Source: Zancudomyces culisetae HAW-14-8 (Eukaryota > Fungi > Kickxellomycota). From it: DNA of 64,000 nucleotides. Location: NCBI GenBank assembly GCA_052426225.1, contig JBNJNM010000022.1:186001-250000 (forward strand), read 5' to 3'. How positions within the stretch are numbered: position 1 is the stretch's first letter; each line of letters begins with the position of its first letter. Below are positions 13,598 through 25,903 of this stretch, one piece after another. Under the pieces are notes generated by a model. It saw nothing but the letters and a program-made list of their open reading frames with translations. It ran no database searches and was not told where the DNA came from. The position numbers and the translations under genes were made by a program.

Positions 13598-16147
13598 CTA
13601 TTTATCTAAATACAGGTTTAAGGACATATTTTGGTACAGTGATAAGTACTCTGATAGCCTTTTATCAGTTAGCAACGCAGTTGCATCGAGCTTCAATATG
13701 GATATGTGAATCAATAATAACCTTATAACCACACTAGTATCAGATTTCCCGGTGAGTTGACCGTTGTAAGGGTAAGAGATGTATGCAAGATGTGAGTTAT
13801 ACCGCCGTTCTAATAATAGATTCATAGCTATAAACAGAATCCGCTTTTCTATTTCGTCAGCAATCTCCAATAAAACATCAATACATTGCACCAATTTGTA
13901 GTCAAAGCTATCATTTCCGGACATGGTAATGGATCTTGATCTACCCAACTTGAAGTGCTGAGCGGTCACTACATCCACATCCTTTTTGCTTAGATATGAT
14001 AATAGTGCCCTATTGTATCCGTCAGCAACTGAATTTGGTTTTCCTGTTGTTTGTGTATTGTCACTAGGAGGCGTATTGTTTTGGGGTGTAACTTTTGACC
14101 CATCAAAACCACAGTCAACGTTGGGATATTTTGCTGGAGTTTGAAATGTAATTAGTAGGATATCGCGTAAAAGCAAAAGCTGCTTTGCACGCGATCTCGA
14201 CAACATATTTGTGGCGTTATTGAAGATAGAAATTCTACTAAACAGCGCCTTTTCAACAGTTAGCCAGTAAGTCGGGCAAGAGTGAGTCCTGTGGCTCAAG
14301 TCTAAGAGAATCATTACAACAACGTACCAGTGTATTAGTGGAGACAGCTTTGCCCGCTCAACAATCAGCTGTAAGTTTTTCATTTCGACAGCACAACTCA
14401 TGCCTTTGTCCAAAAAATTGTCTATAATAGTTTGTAGCAACCGTAAAACCACAAATTCGCTAAATACATGTTGAGGCTTTATAAATCCAGAAAAATTTGT
14501 GCCTTTTTTATAACACCCGTCTAGTTGCAACATCCCAGTATTAATGTGAAGTAAATGCAAGCTTTCTAATGTCAGACTCTGGGCTAATCGCTTCCATTCT
14601 CGACTCTTCATTAATATTTGTACGGAAAGTGGTTGTAGCATTATTGAGCTATGTACATCTTCATTATGCTGTGCAAACAGCTTTGCAAGCCGCCATAGTT
14701 GGAAAGTTACAGTTCGAGAGTACCCCTGTGATGTATGCAGTGCACTCAACGCATACACCTCTGCCCGATCGTTTTCTGCACTATTCAGAAACTGTAAACA
14801 TGCATGTATTTTGTGTAGTAAAAACTGCTTTCCAGATGTCACATAGAACTGTCTCTCGCATTTTAACTTTGCTTCCTCTCTTTTCTGTCGCTTTGGCCCA
14901 AAAAAAAGATCACAAAGAACCTGAGGTGTTACCGACCTCACAGTAACTGTAAATAGGTTCCAATACAATCCTTCATTCATACCTTCTGCTATGTCTACAA
15001 CATGCTCACCCGGCCCCTGTTGCTGCTGCCGTTCGTACCTTTTTACATCCACCCCAAAGTTTTCTTTAGACCAGTTGAGTATTGTTACACTGTATACAAC
15101 AAACCCTACCAACGCCACAATCATGCCCCCCATTCCAAACATTAGAACCATCCACCACATAAAAAATAAACCCCCAACCTCATTCTCTCCATTAATCCCC
15201 TTGACTATCACTGCTTCGTATCTTTTTTCTCCTGTATGATAGTCGTTGATTATTGGATAACCTATAAACATGGCAAACACGAGCACGCTCACTACCAAAA
15301 CCATGTGATCAATAGCATTTTTTTCTTTATGTTTGGCTGCCTGTTTCTTGGTTTCGCTCAACTCCTTTTTTAATTTTTTTAAAACACCTCTTAGCCTGTC
15401 CCGAGCCCCTCGTTCTATTGCTCTCCGTCGTTTTTCGTTTCTAAACTCTGAAACTCCCCTTCTCCCTTCTACTAGCCTGTTTGCGCCTTTTTTGTACTTT
15501 CCATGCTCAGTATTTATAGTAACTCTCTTCGTACGAGTGCCTTGTGTTAAATTTACATCCTCGCTGATCTCTTTCGGCACTCGAATATCCTCAATACCAT
15601 GATTTGGTTCTTTTCCGCTGAACATCTCTGAAATTCCTAGATTCTTTATTCTATCAACTGTTTCAGAGTCGTATCTATAAGCTACCTTGATTTCCTCTTG
15701 TTCATTGGGCTTTTCATTGTTTGCTTTTTTGCCTAATCCCTCATTTGGAGCGCTTGCCATTTTGGATACCAGCCCTAGCCTTCTATCTAGTATTTCCAAC
15801 TGCTTTTTGACCAACATTTTCCCCAGTGCTGTATTATGCTGTGTGTTTGTGACATTTGTTCCACCTTTTTCATTCTCTTGGTCGCTACTCACCCCCAAGT
15901 TAGCGGTGCCCATTCGCAATTTCTCTTCGAGGACAGTAGTACCAAAACCATGCTCCTTGTATACAATATCACTGCCTTTGCTTCCATATTCTCCACTGTA
16001 TGACCCTTCCTCGCCTTCAATTATTCTATCATTAGCCTCTTTTTTTGCCTCTCTTAACACCTTTCTCAATTGCTCGTTGTTTATTAGTATGTTGTCCACT
16101 ATGTTTCCTTTATCCACATTTAGTGTGACGTTTATATCTTGTATCAT
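13598..16147 (-). CDS. 849-aa membrane protein: charged/basic helical N-terminus, two TM helices, helical C-terminal domain (weak SREBP-like architecture)
   Basis: Long uninterrupted ORF; basic segment EKRRRAIERGARDRLRGVLKKLKKEL precedes TM1 (MVLVVSVLVFAMFIGYPII), a ~26-aa loop and TM2 (LFFMWWMVLMFGMGGMIVALVGFVVY). The gene is well supported; the family assignment is tentative. Confidence 0.55.
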   Translation of the reverse strand: MIQDINVTLNVDKGNIVDNILINNEQLRKVLREAKKEANDRIIEGEEGSYSGEYGSKGSDIVYKEHGFGTTVLEEKLRMGTANLGVSSDQENEKGGTNVTNTQHNTALGKMLVKKQLEILDRRLGLVSKMASAPNEGLGKKANNEKPNEQEEIKVAYRYDSETVDRIKNLGISEMFSGKEPNHGIEDIRVPKEISEDVNLTQGTRTKRVTINTEHGKYKKGANRLVEGRRGVSEFRNEKRRRAIERGARDRLRGVLKKLKKELSETKKQAAKHKEKNAIDHMVLVVSVLVFAMFIGYPIINDYHTGEKRYEAVIVKGINGENEVGGLFFMWWMVLMFGMGGMIVALVGFVVYSVTILNWSKENFGVDVKRYERQQQQGPGEHVVDIAEGMNEGLYWNLFTVTVRSVTPQVLCDLFFGPKRQKREEAKLKCERQFYVTSGKQFLLHKIHACLQFLNSAENDRAEVYALSALHTSQGYSRTVTFQLWRLAKLFAQHNEDVHSSIMLQPLSVQILMKSREWKRLAQSLTLESLHLLHINTGMLQLDGCYKKGTNFSGFIKPQHVFSEFVVLRLLQTIIDNFLDKGMSCAVEMKNLQLIVERAKLSPLIHWYVVVMILLDLSHRTHSCPTYWLTVEKALFSRISIFNNATNMLSRSRAKQLLLLRDILLITFQTPAKYPNVDCGFDGSKVTPQNNTPPSDNTQTTGKPNSVADGYNRALLSYLSKKDVDVVTAQHFKLGRSRSITMSGNDSFDYKLVQCIDVLLEIADEIEKRILFIAMNLLLERRYNSHLAYISYPYNGQLTGKSDTSVVIRLLLIHISILKLDATALLTDKRLSEYLSLYQNMSLNLYLDK

Positions 16148-16282
16148 GCTAGCTACTATTTAACATTATTTATTGCTGTGTATTTCAATATAGCCGTGTT
16201 TATGCTTTTGCGATCAACCTACACTCGCTTTTTATTATTCTGCTTTTGAACTTGGCTTCTAAATTGTTCACCTTCATTTAAT

Positions 16283-16347
16283 TTAATTTTCATTTTCATT
16301 TTCATTTTCACTCTCATTTTCATATTCACATTTACATTTACATTTAC
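16283..16347. repeat. Degenerate hexamer microsatellite (TTTTCA/TTTACA)n
   Basis: ttttcattttcattttcattttcactctcattttcatattcacatttacatttacatttac read directly. Confidence 0.8.
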
Positions 16348-19220
16348 GTAAAAAACTATTGCATAATTCAATTACACTGCCTTTTTCCCGTGTAAATAGT
16401 TTATCTTTTTTTTTACTATCCGAATGATGTGACTTCAGGTCACTGAACAAGCGAAGATTACTCCAAAACCTTCTGAGCTTTCTCCAAGTAAATTCACTTT
16501 TATGATTTATATTCCCTTTTTTGGCTTTAGAATTGAGTTTACCAAAAACAAAAAACAAAAAAAAACGAAGGCTTTGTGAGCTGGAAAAAACATTCCTGCA
16601 TTTACCAAATTAAATCAGGAAAAAAAAATTTTTTGCCTTTAAATATTTTTCTGAAATTCCTGAGGTTTTCGGAAAATACGCAAAACCATATTATTTCCTG
16701 TCTCCCACTATCTTCTTCATAGCAATAACACATGTTAGCTTAATTATCCTTAAAGCAAGAAACAATCTGTTATTACATTTTCAATACATTTGTAAATGTT
16801 TTTTCAGCATTGTCCTGCCTTTTTCTTCAATTTTCTGAAGTTTTGAGGTCAAGATTGGCCTGTTGTGTACGGATATGATGATAGGCTTTGGTTAGAGGTC
16901 CTTTGTTTTGTCCAGCACTGCACAGTCCTCTCTTCTCATTCCTCTTAGATAGCCCGGCTTCCTATTCTGATTTATCCTTTTTTTTCATGTATTGTAAATT
17001 TTCCTCGGTTTTTTGTAGGGTCACATAGCAACATTTATTTCCAGGCTATTAAAAAGTTGTTTTTACTTCAGGAAACTCCAAATAAACCAGGTCTGACATA
17101 AACAATAGATAGCAAAAATAAAAGTGGATAACTTGGTATAGCACTAATACTATTGTAATTTAAAGTTTCCAGTAATTGGGAATCTGTGTGATCTTTCTTG
17201 ATACTTAATGAGATCTAAATAGGCATTACAGGTGTTACAAGATCATGGCCTCATAAAGTATCAGTTCCTATTGAAACCTCAAGTGTATTGTGGTTTCAGC
17301 TTAGGAATATACATCATCTTGGCCATGCCAACTATCAGCGTGGTAAATATTAATATTTGTGAAAAATACGGGACTTTAGAATGATGTAGATACCAATTCT
17401 CCCTTCTTCCATACTCATTCTCTCTACTGGTGTTTAGGAAGGTAAGAAGCATATCATAATGTGTATATAGTAGCCATAAAATTAGTTACTCTTGTAGTTG
17501 CTATAACTGGTTTTTTTTCCTTGGTCTGCCATATGTTTACTTTGTCGAGCTTCGGTAAAGCCGACCTGATGCAAATATCAAACTTGTTATTGTGGCAAGC
17601 TAGTTTTCCCAGCCTCCCATCTATTCACCCCTTCTCTCCACTAATTTTCTGACAATTTCAAGATGAATTAGTCGGATTCACCCAAAATTTTGAGCATTAA
17701 AACCTTTGGCCTTTTATTCGCCACACACCAACCAACTTCAATAATTGATTTTTTTATTGAAAATATCAGTGAATTGGCGTAAATAAGAGATGACAATCAA
17801 ATGAATATACGGACATTCTACTATGCTATCAATGTTCTGCAAGTAGAACAAAAACATTTTGTTTCAAAAAGAAAATCTTCTTAAGGAAAAAATAAAATAT
17901 GAACACGCGGGTCAGTGCTTTCTCATATTTAAAGAAGGAGCAAGATGACCATGTACGCTCAAGCCATGCAATGTATTTGTGATCAGTAGGCTTAAAAGTT
18001 TAGGCACATCTTTCCATTTTTATTTCAATGTAGAATAAGTAAGGATGTAAACAAAAGCGAATGTGAGGTTGTGCCTGAATTTTGGAGTACGATAAATGAA
18101 AAAAAAAGAAACTAACAGCAGCAATGTTAATTGGCTACTAAAAAAGTTTGGTCAGAAGATTTATTTGGAAAAAATTTGATGTGATATTTATATTTGACCA
18201 ACTAAATGCGGATAAAATTCACGCGCTTGCTGAAGATGAAGGTATTTGTTTTGTTGCCCTTTCTAACACATACATCCCAAACAAAACACAGGCCAAATAG
18301 GGAGGCTAAAAAAAAATAGGCTTGAGAGTATCGCGGTTGGATGATAAATTGATACAGCCAGTAAATTATTTTTCCGGAAAATGTAATATTTACCAAGTTT
18401 AATAGTTAGCTAAAAACTATCTGCTTAAATTACTCTGTTGACGAACATGGGTATGCTTATTGGTGTGGCTATAAGTTACAGATAGCGTACCATCTCTCAG
18501 TGTTGGAAGCGCTAAAACTCATGCTCTTGTTAATTCTTATCATTTCTTTCTGTAAGAATGTATTTATTCCTGTTACCGCATCTAGAGTTGAATATATATA
18601 CAGAAACAAGTCGGAAAAAAAAGCAGATGACTCAGCAACTGTATAGTTAAATGGGTTAAGCATGGATGTCACTATTTACCACCATACTCGTTTTATTTTT
18701 TCACTCACAATACTTGGACACATCTATAAATATTATTCAATGACTTCATAGCTTTACAGCATACTGTCATCTTTTTTTTTTGGTGTGATTATTAAAGTAT
18801 CCCAGCCAATATTCTGCTCTGTCGCATTTACTGTTTTACTTTATTTATATCTGTCCCGCGCTGTGGTAGTTTTTATATAAACAAAAGCACCAGCGTGAAT
18901 TAGTAAGACGCAAACTTGTATAGAGTGTTATGATATGCATTGGTTAATGAATAACAGATGGTTGTAAACGAAGAAACCACAAAAAATGTATACCCATTCT
19001 GTTATACCGTTTATATAACGAGGCGAGTACTTTTCACTTGAAGCAGAAAAAAAAACATTCTTTTATTATATTATATTTAAATGTGTGTTTTATAAAGATC
19101 AATCCTTATTTAATACACAGTTAAAAATTGCTATTACCCCCACCATCAAAGAAAAAAACAGATTGTCAAAGGGTTTATAACTTAAACATATAAAGACAAA
19201 ACTAATATATATACGATAAC

Positions 19221-19733
19221 ATGTTTGCGAAAAAACGTCAACTCGAGGAGCTTCCGGAAGCTCAAAGGCAATATATAGAAAACGTTGGTAAGAGCGGACG
19301 CATGAGCGAGATTCCAGCTCGAGCAAGACGATTAGTGTATGCTATAACAACTGTCTGTACTTTTCTTCTTATGGGGGCGTTTATTGTGTCGTTGGTGTTT
19401 ATTGCACAAGTATTCGCACAGAAAAGCGGCAAACAGACAATCAATCCAAATTACTATATGTTTGTAGTAGTTTCTCTCTTGCTGTTGGTAGTGGCTATGC
19501 TAGTTGGCAACCTCGGTCAAGATGCGATTGGGAAGATTAAAGAGCTATATCGAGAAGATCATTGTACTTATTCCTTAAACTCTGATTGCTATGACCATGA
19601 TGAGCAGGAAAAGCAGCAAAAAACAGCAAGATTTCTAAGATTTTATAAAACGTATCTAGTTTTACGGACAATCCTAATGGTCCTTACATTACTATCATTT
19701 ATATTCGGGTTTATTAAGCTCTATAATAGCTAA
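19221..19733 (+). CDS. Hypothetical membrane protein, 170 aa, three predicted TM helices
   Basis: ATG-initiated ORF with three hydrophobic stretches; no family recognised. Confidence 0.7.
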   Translation: MFAKKRQLEELPEAQRQYIENVGKSGRMSEIPARARRLVYAITTVCTFLLMGAFIVSLVFIAQVFAQKSGKQTINPNYYMFVVVSLLLLVVAMLVGNLGQDAIGKIKELYREDHCTYSLNSDCYDHDEQEKQQKTARFLRFYKTYLVLRTILMVLTLLSFIFGFIKLYNS

Positions 19734-20187
19734 AATGTATTAATTCATTTAATCATATTCCTGCACAGACGAATATTGGAACATACAAAGTAAATATCAA
19801 CACCAAGAGCAAACAGCAGTAGTAAAAATCTCAACAACCACAAAAATTCACATACACATAGGGGAGTACTAGCCTTTGTATTTCAAAAAAAGCTATGCTA
19901 CCATATGTTGAGCTATCCTAAATACATTGACACATAGTACCTTTATGTTTACAAATTCTGCTACTTATTATCACTTCATTTAAACATCAAGTATGGGTGA
20001 TTGAAATACGCCTAACACTGGTGTGTCAAATCTTTGGCATTACCACTCACGACTAGATTATACATAAAAATAAACTGATCGGATTTATTCCTTGGCTTTA
20101 TGAAACAGATTAAGAATTCATTAGTATTTTTCTAGAGTAACAATGGTAAAATAAAAGTAATTACTAAAAAGAAACCAAATATAAACC

Positions 20188-20919
20188 TTATTCTTGGTTG
20201 TATCTGACTACAACCTTTGAAAAGTATTCGGCATACTTGCGAGCAGATTCATTCTCCTCTTCGTTTGCGGGCTTAGATCCATCGAGTCCAGCAAGCACTC
20301 CTGGGCCATATGCCGAGCCTCCAACAGCCTTTGCGTATGTTGCTACTGCTTTATTTGGACCAAGCGGTACATAGATCATACCGAGATGTGTGGCATTAAT
20401 GACAAAAGAAAGAGCTGTTGTTTCCATACCACCGCCCTGCGAACCAGTTCCAAAAAATACTCCGTACATCTTTCCTACGAGGGCACCAGAAACCCAGAGG
20501 CTGCCTAAAGAGTCAATAAATGTTTTTACCTGACCTGGAAGAGTACCGAACCTCGTTGGAGATCCAAACATATATGCATCTGCTTCGCGCATTGCGTCCA
20601 CAGTATAAACAGGTACACTTTCGTCCTTTGGTGGGGCATGCATCTTCTGCAAGATCTCGCTTGACAATGTTTCTGGGAACTGGAAAAGCTTCACATCAAC
20701 AAGGTTGGTTGATTCCAATGCCTTGACAATTTCCTTTGCAAGTCCTGCAATATGCCCATATGTTGAGTAGTAGACCACATGGATCATGGGGCGTTTTTTT
20801 TCAGCGAGACCCTTAAAGCTCTTCTTACTCTTGATGCTTCCCGCAGTCTTGTTTTCTACAGCTTTTCCGGAAGTAATACTCTTTTTGGAGCTTTTTCCCA
20901 ATCCACAACAGAAAACCAT
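20188..20919 (-). CDS. Flavodoxin-like NAD(P)H:quinone oxidoreductase (WrbA/Pst2/Ycp4 family)
   Basis: Motifs VVYYSTYGHI, FQFPETLS..ILQKMHAPPK, FGSPTRFG, GTGSQGGGMETT, HLGMIYVPLG, GGSAYGPG. Confidence 0.95.
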   Translation of the reverse strand: MVFCCGLGKSSKKSITSGKAVENKTAGSIKSKKSFKGLAEKKRPMIHVVYYSTYGHIAGLAKEIVKALESTNLVDVKLFQFPETLSSEILQKMHAPPKDESVPVYTVDAMREADAYMFGSPTRFGTLPGQVKTFIDSLGSLWVSGALVGKMYGVFFGTGSQGGGMETTALSFVINATHLGMIYVPLGPNKAVATYAKAVGGSAYGPGVLAGLDGSKPANEEENESARKYAEYFSKVVVRYNQE

Positions 20920-23900
20920 TTTTTATTTTATGTCTTGATGGTGATTTTTATTTTTTCTATTATAGCGATAACTGTATTATCGATATTTCTTAAGCTAGAT
21001 CAATTATTTATTTTAATGATTTTCCTAGAAACTGGTCAAGTATTTATACTAAAAAATTACTTGGCTTGCCTTCACAAACTTTTAACTTTAATCAATATAC
21101 CGTTTATGGTTTATTAAAGCTGAGTATTTTACAAACTTGTTCTTTTCAAATACAATAATCACACCAAAATCATAAAGAAAATCCCATACATCAAAATAAT
21201 TCCGATTAGCATTTTTGTGGTATGCTGACAAATTGCGAATCCCCGTAATTATAACAACAAAAAGAAAACAAAAGAAAACAAAAAATAACAAAAAAAAATG
21301 CAAAAATATGCAAAAAAAAATGCAAAAATATGCAAAAAAAACAAAAAAAACGAAATTTGGGAAGGCTTATCTTGTGTAGAATTTGCTTCTAGAGCTAGCG
21401 CGTATTACATTCCACAGCCTAAATTAGCACTTCTAATTACCGAATGGGATGGCATTTTTCCATTTCCTATTACATTGGATTTAAATTACGTAAATTATCC
21501 CCAAAATTTGCACCCTTGTAATTTTATTAGTAATAAAAAACGTGAGAGTCAGATTCAATAAAGAATGTATATTACCAGATTTTCTATACGTCCCAGTGTT
21601 TATCAAATGACAATTAATTGTTGTTATTTTCCTTTAGAAAACAGATGCAACAAGACTTACTCATGAAGTAATCTTAATGATTAGTAATGTGGTATGTATA
21701 TTACCCAAAATTTTGTATTGCAGTGCCGAAACGGAAAATTTTTCCGCTCATTGCAGCTGTTTATTTTTAGTTTCCTTTTTATTCATCCATACCTTATCCC
21801 CAACCGCAAAACAATGTAAAAAAAACGGATTACCCACCCGCCAGCAATAAATATAGTACCCGTGAAAAGTTTAATGGTGACAACAGGTACGCATAAATCG
21901 ATTTGTATTGCTACCATTTCAACTAATGTATAGAACAGTGTACGGTATATCAACCTCATAAAAATTGATCTCGGTTGTCCAGTCATTTACTATACTACTC
22001 CGTCATTCGCTGAACGGTCTGTTCGAAACAAAAATAAATAAATTGCGAGTTTAGATGCTTGTACGAATAGCTTAATAATCATATAAATACTGAGATATAT
22101 AAACGAAACCTGTTCTTCAATCAAGCTGCTCACTGATAATTTCTTGCCTTTTTTTCGCAGTACTGCTAAACTGTCAGTTGACAGCATACCAATTTATTTT
22201 TTTTAATAGCTGCTAAAATTTCATGCCTCTCTTTTACCAGACCATATTAAAATTGCACCGCTATGCAATTTAAGATTGATTTTACTCTCCAATAAACAGT
22301 AAAAAATAGTTACTCATCCCACCTCTTTACCCTGTAATCTCCTTAATTTTGCTGCTCTAGGCTAATCCAAGCGTGATATTGTATAAGAAAACAAACCCTT
22401 TTACGAATCACAAGTTCCAACGCGGCACGGGTATCTTAAAGATGGATTATTATGTGCTATCCAATGGGTATCTCTATTGCTCATAAACGTTAGTCATAAT
22501 ACTATTTTTTATACAGATTTACAAGAATTAATAACGTTTTTTATTACATACATTATACTTATTTCAAACAAAACCAACAACGCTTTTAAATGGTACACGC
22601 AATAGGTTATGGTTCTATGTTTCTAGAGTCTTTTGAAAAGACATAAAATGGTGGTGACCACATAGCATTTTGCGGTTGTACCAAAAACTCATCTCATAAG
22701 TTTGATATACACTCAAAAGATAGAAAAATGTGTACAATGAGACATTTAAGCGGTGCTAAAATATCCTATCTAAAATAACAATAAAAAAAAACAATTCTGG
22801 TCACAAAGAATGCGTAGGCCGATGTTTGAGACATTTAAAAACTCCACCCGTTGCATTTTTTTCTGTGAAATTATCACTTTAGTTTTGTCAACAAGTGGAT
22901 CAAATAAATAAATGAACATATTATTATATAATATATACATTTTTTTGTTACTATTAGGCAGTGTAGTGGTACTTATACGTGTTTACTATGGTATATATAT
23001 TTGAAACATCATCAAAGCACACACCAGTTTCACTAATACAATCAAAAGAGTCTGAATGTGCTCCCTGTATGCCCCCAAAAGGACCAGTGATGCTACGTTT
23101 GACTTTGTAATCTAAATATCATCAGGAAATTTTCCAGATTACCTATTTTTCTCAACACAGAACAGTTTAGTTAGATAATAAACAGCAACTCAGTAAAAGT
23201 CATCAACAGGATATACACAACATTTAGTTATATCAGTATCTTGAATGATTTAGTAGTGCATTTTAAGCTAGTATAAACCATTTATACCAGTACGCCAAGC
23301 TGGGGCTTATCAAAGATATTCTTGTTTCACCACTACCCCCCCCCCCCCCCTCGTTTATTGTCTGATTTACTATTTATTGTAGATCGGGGGCGGGGGCGGG
23401 GTTATAATACGACAAAAAACTGCTTTAGACTATAGATCCACTTAAAAATGCATAACATATATATATCTGGGGGGGGGGTTTTAAAAAAATGAGAATAGCT
23501 TATTATGATGTGTTGGTATTTTTATCATAGAGCATTTATACATTTGGATGAGTATTATGGTATGAGCATATACATAATATCGGGTAGTTAGTAATAAATT
23601 TGAGAAGAAAACTAGAAAACGCACAAAAGGCAGGTAAATGCGCATGATAAAGTGTCCTGATAAAATATAAGCATTCTCAGGTTTTTGCGAGTATATCTCT
23701 TGTATTGGTTAAAGCTATACACAAGATCAGTTTAGATAAATGCAGAGTTTAGCTGTGTTTTTAATATTTGAGAATGAAGAGTTAAAAAGATCGCAGGGGC
23801 TTGGCAATAGTAAACCTGAAGTACCAGTGTACTGAATATGTGTGACGGTTTTGTAGAAAAGAGAAAAGCAAGCAGCTTCATCTCTAAATCACGTGATGGT

Positions 23901-24486
23901 TTGCAGATCTAGGTGGTTTTGGTGTTTGTTTTTCTCAATTCGTTCCATTTCAAGCAAAAAAGGTATTGGGGAATAATATACGAGAATCGGAATTTAACAC
24001 AAACATTAATAATCGATTCGCCAATTTGAAAAAAAATTTTTTTATTTGAGCCAAATGAAAAGCATAATTCTACTGGTAGAATAAATTTACCTGAACATAT
24101 TATCCTAATCAAAATTCAAACTGATGTAGAAATTGAAATACATGAAAAAAAAATTTTTCTTTTTTTCAAAAGTAGGGAATTGGAGTTGTTTAAAGTGGTT
24201 TTTATTGTATAGGCAAACTATTCCCAAAGTAATGATTTGACATTAAAGAAAAAAATTTCAAGCTGAATCGCACGTAAAAAAAAAAAAGAGCTGCAAAAAA
24301 AATTTTTTTTTTTACAAGCACTAAACATTTTCATTTGAAAAGTAAAAAAAAAATCAGAGAGTGAGTGAAAGTTGAAAGAAAAAAATACTAGAATAACTGT
24401 ATATACGAACGGTAGTGGTATTATCATTCCAAATCGAAAAAGCAAAGTACTACCAGTAAACAATATAAAGATCAATAGAATCAATA

Positions 24487-25700
24487 ATGGGTTTTGGAGG
24501 TAAGATTGAGCGTATAATAAATTTTGATTTGCAACAATTGAGGATGTATAGTTTTAGTAATGTAAAGCTTGAGGAGCAAAGTTAGCTTCCGAAAGGTATA
24601 GAGAACGAATTGAAGCTGATGTATACTTTAAATATGAAATAGATTCAGGAAGAGGTGGCGGTGGCCGAGGTGGATTTAGAGGTGGCTCAAGAGGAGGAGG
24701 CAGAGGAGGTTTCGGAGGAGGAGATAGAGGAGGCCGAGGAGGAGGTCGAGGAGGTTTTGGCGGCGGTAGAGGAGGAGGTTTCGGAGGAGGAGATAGAGGA
24801 GGAAGAGGAGGAGGCCGAGGGGGTTTTGGCGGCGGTAGAGGAGGAGGCAGAGGAGGAGGCAGAGGAGGCTTTGGTGGAGATAGAGGAGGAAGAGGGGGAA
24901 GAGGAGGTTTTGGAGGCGGTAGAGGTGGTGGTGGACGTGGAGGAGGAAGAGGAGGAGCTGGAGGAGCCAGAGGTGGTAGAGGAGGAGCCAGAGGAGGAAG
25001 CAAGGTAGTTGTAGAGCCTCACAGACATGAAGGAATCTTTATAGGTAGAGGCAAAGAAGATTTGCTATTGACCAAGAATATGGTTCCAGGGGAATCAGTT
25101 TATGGCGAAAAGAGAGTTACAGTAGAATCAACAGACGGAGTAAAGACAGAATACAGAGTATGGAATCCATTTAGATCAAAGATAGCCGCAGGAGTATTGG
25201 GAGGATTGGATAACATTCATATTAAGCCAGGAGCCAAGGTTTTGTATTTGGGAGCAGCCTCAGGAACCAGTGTAAGTCACGTATCAGACGTAGTGGGACC
25301 AGAGGGAGTTGTATACGCCGTCGAGTTCTCACACCGTTCAGGACGAGATCTAATTAACATGGCCAAGAAGCGTACAAATGTAGTACCAATTATTGAAGAT
25401 GCTAGACACCCAGCCAAATATAGAATGTTGGTACCAATGGTCGATGTCGTCTTTGCCGATGTTGCCCAACCTGATCAGGCACGTATTATTGCCCTCAACT
25501 CGCACTTCTTCTTGAAAAACAGCGGGTTTGTAGTAATCAGCATAAAGGCTAGTTGTATTGATAGTACAGCAGACCCCACAAAGGTCTTTGCACGTGAAGT
25601 CAGCAAGCTGCAGGAGGAGAAGATCAAGCCAAAAGAACAACTGGGCTTGGAGCCATACGAAAAAGATCACGTAATTGTAGTTGGCCAGTACCGACCTTGA
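24487..25700 (+). CDS. NOP1: Fibrillarin, rRNA 2'-O-methyltransferase; exons 24487-24499 and 24643-25700
   Basis: ATG GGT TTT GGA G|gtaaga...aatag|AT TCA GGA AGA gives MGFGDSGRGG, then an RGG domain, then [43 protein letters not shown] second in-frame acceptor lies 6 nt downstream. Confidence 0.98.
24649..25000 (+). repeat. GGA/AGA-rich tandem repeats encoding the fibrillarin GAR/RGG domain
   Basis: Repeated [11 protein letters not shown] / [11 protein letters not shown] units. Confidence 0.9.
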
Positions 25701-25903
25701 TTTTGTTGATTTCGGTCTTTTTTCCTTTTTTTTTCTTTCCCTTTCTTGGGTTATTAAGTTTTAAATTAAGTTTTATAATAAATTTATTATGTTTAAAATA
25801 AATGGTAAATACTATGAAAAAAAAGTAATCAGCTGGAAAGAAAAAGTGATGGAGTGAGGGGAAGAGGGGAAAAGGGGTGAGAGAAAAAAAAGAAAAAGGA
25901 AGA

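Noticed and set aside
21290-21350. Short tandem repeat (AAAAAAAAATGCAAAAATATGC)x2 as an array
   Set aside because: Low-complexity slippage with no spacers; not CRISPR-like.
23335-23480. Poly-C and G-tracts as a G-quadruplex element
   Set aside because: Homopolymer tracts are frequent in this window; no further support.
24554-25028. Poly-Pro, poly-Ser and poly-Glu ORFs (24554-25003 -, 24687-25028 -, 24655-25008 +)
   Set aside because: Alternative-frame shadows of the fibrillarin RGG repeats.
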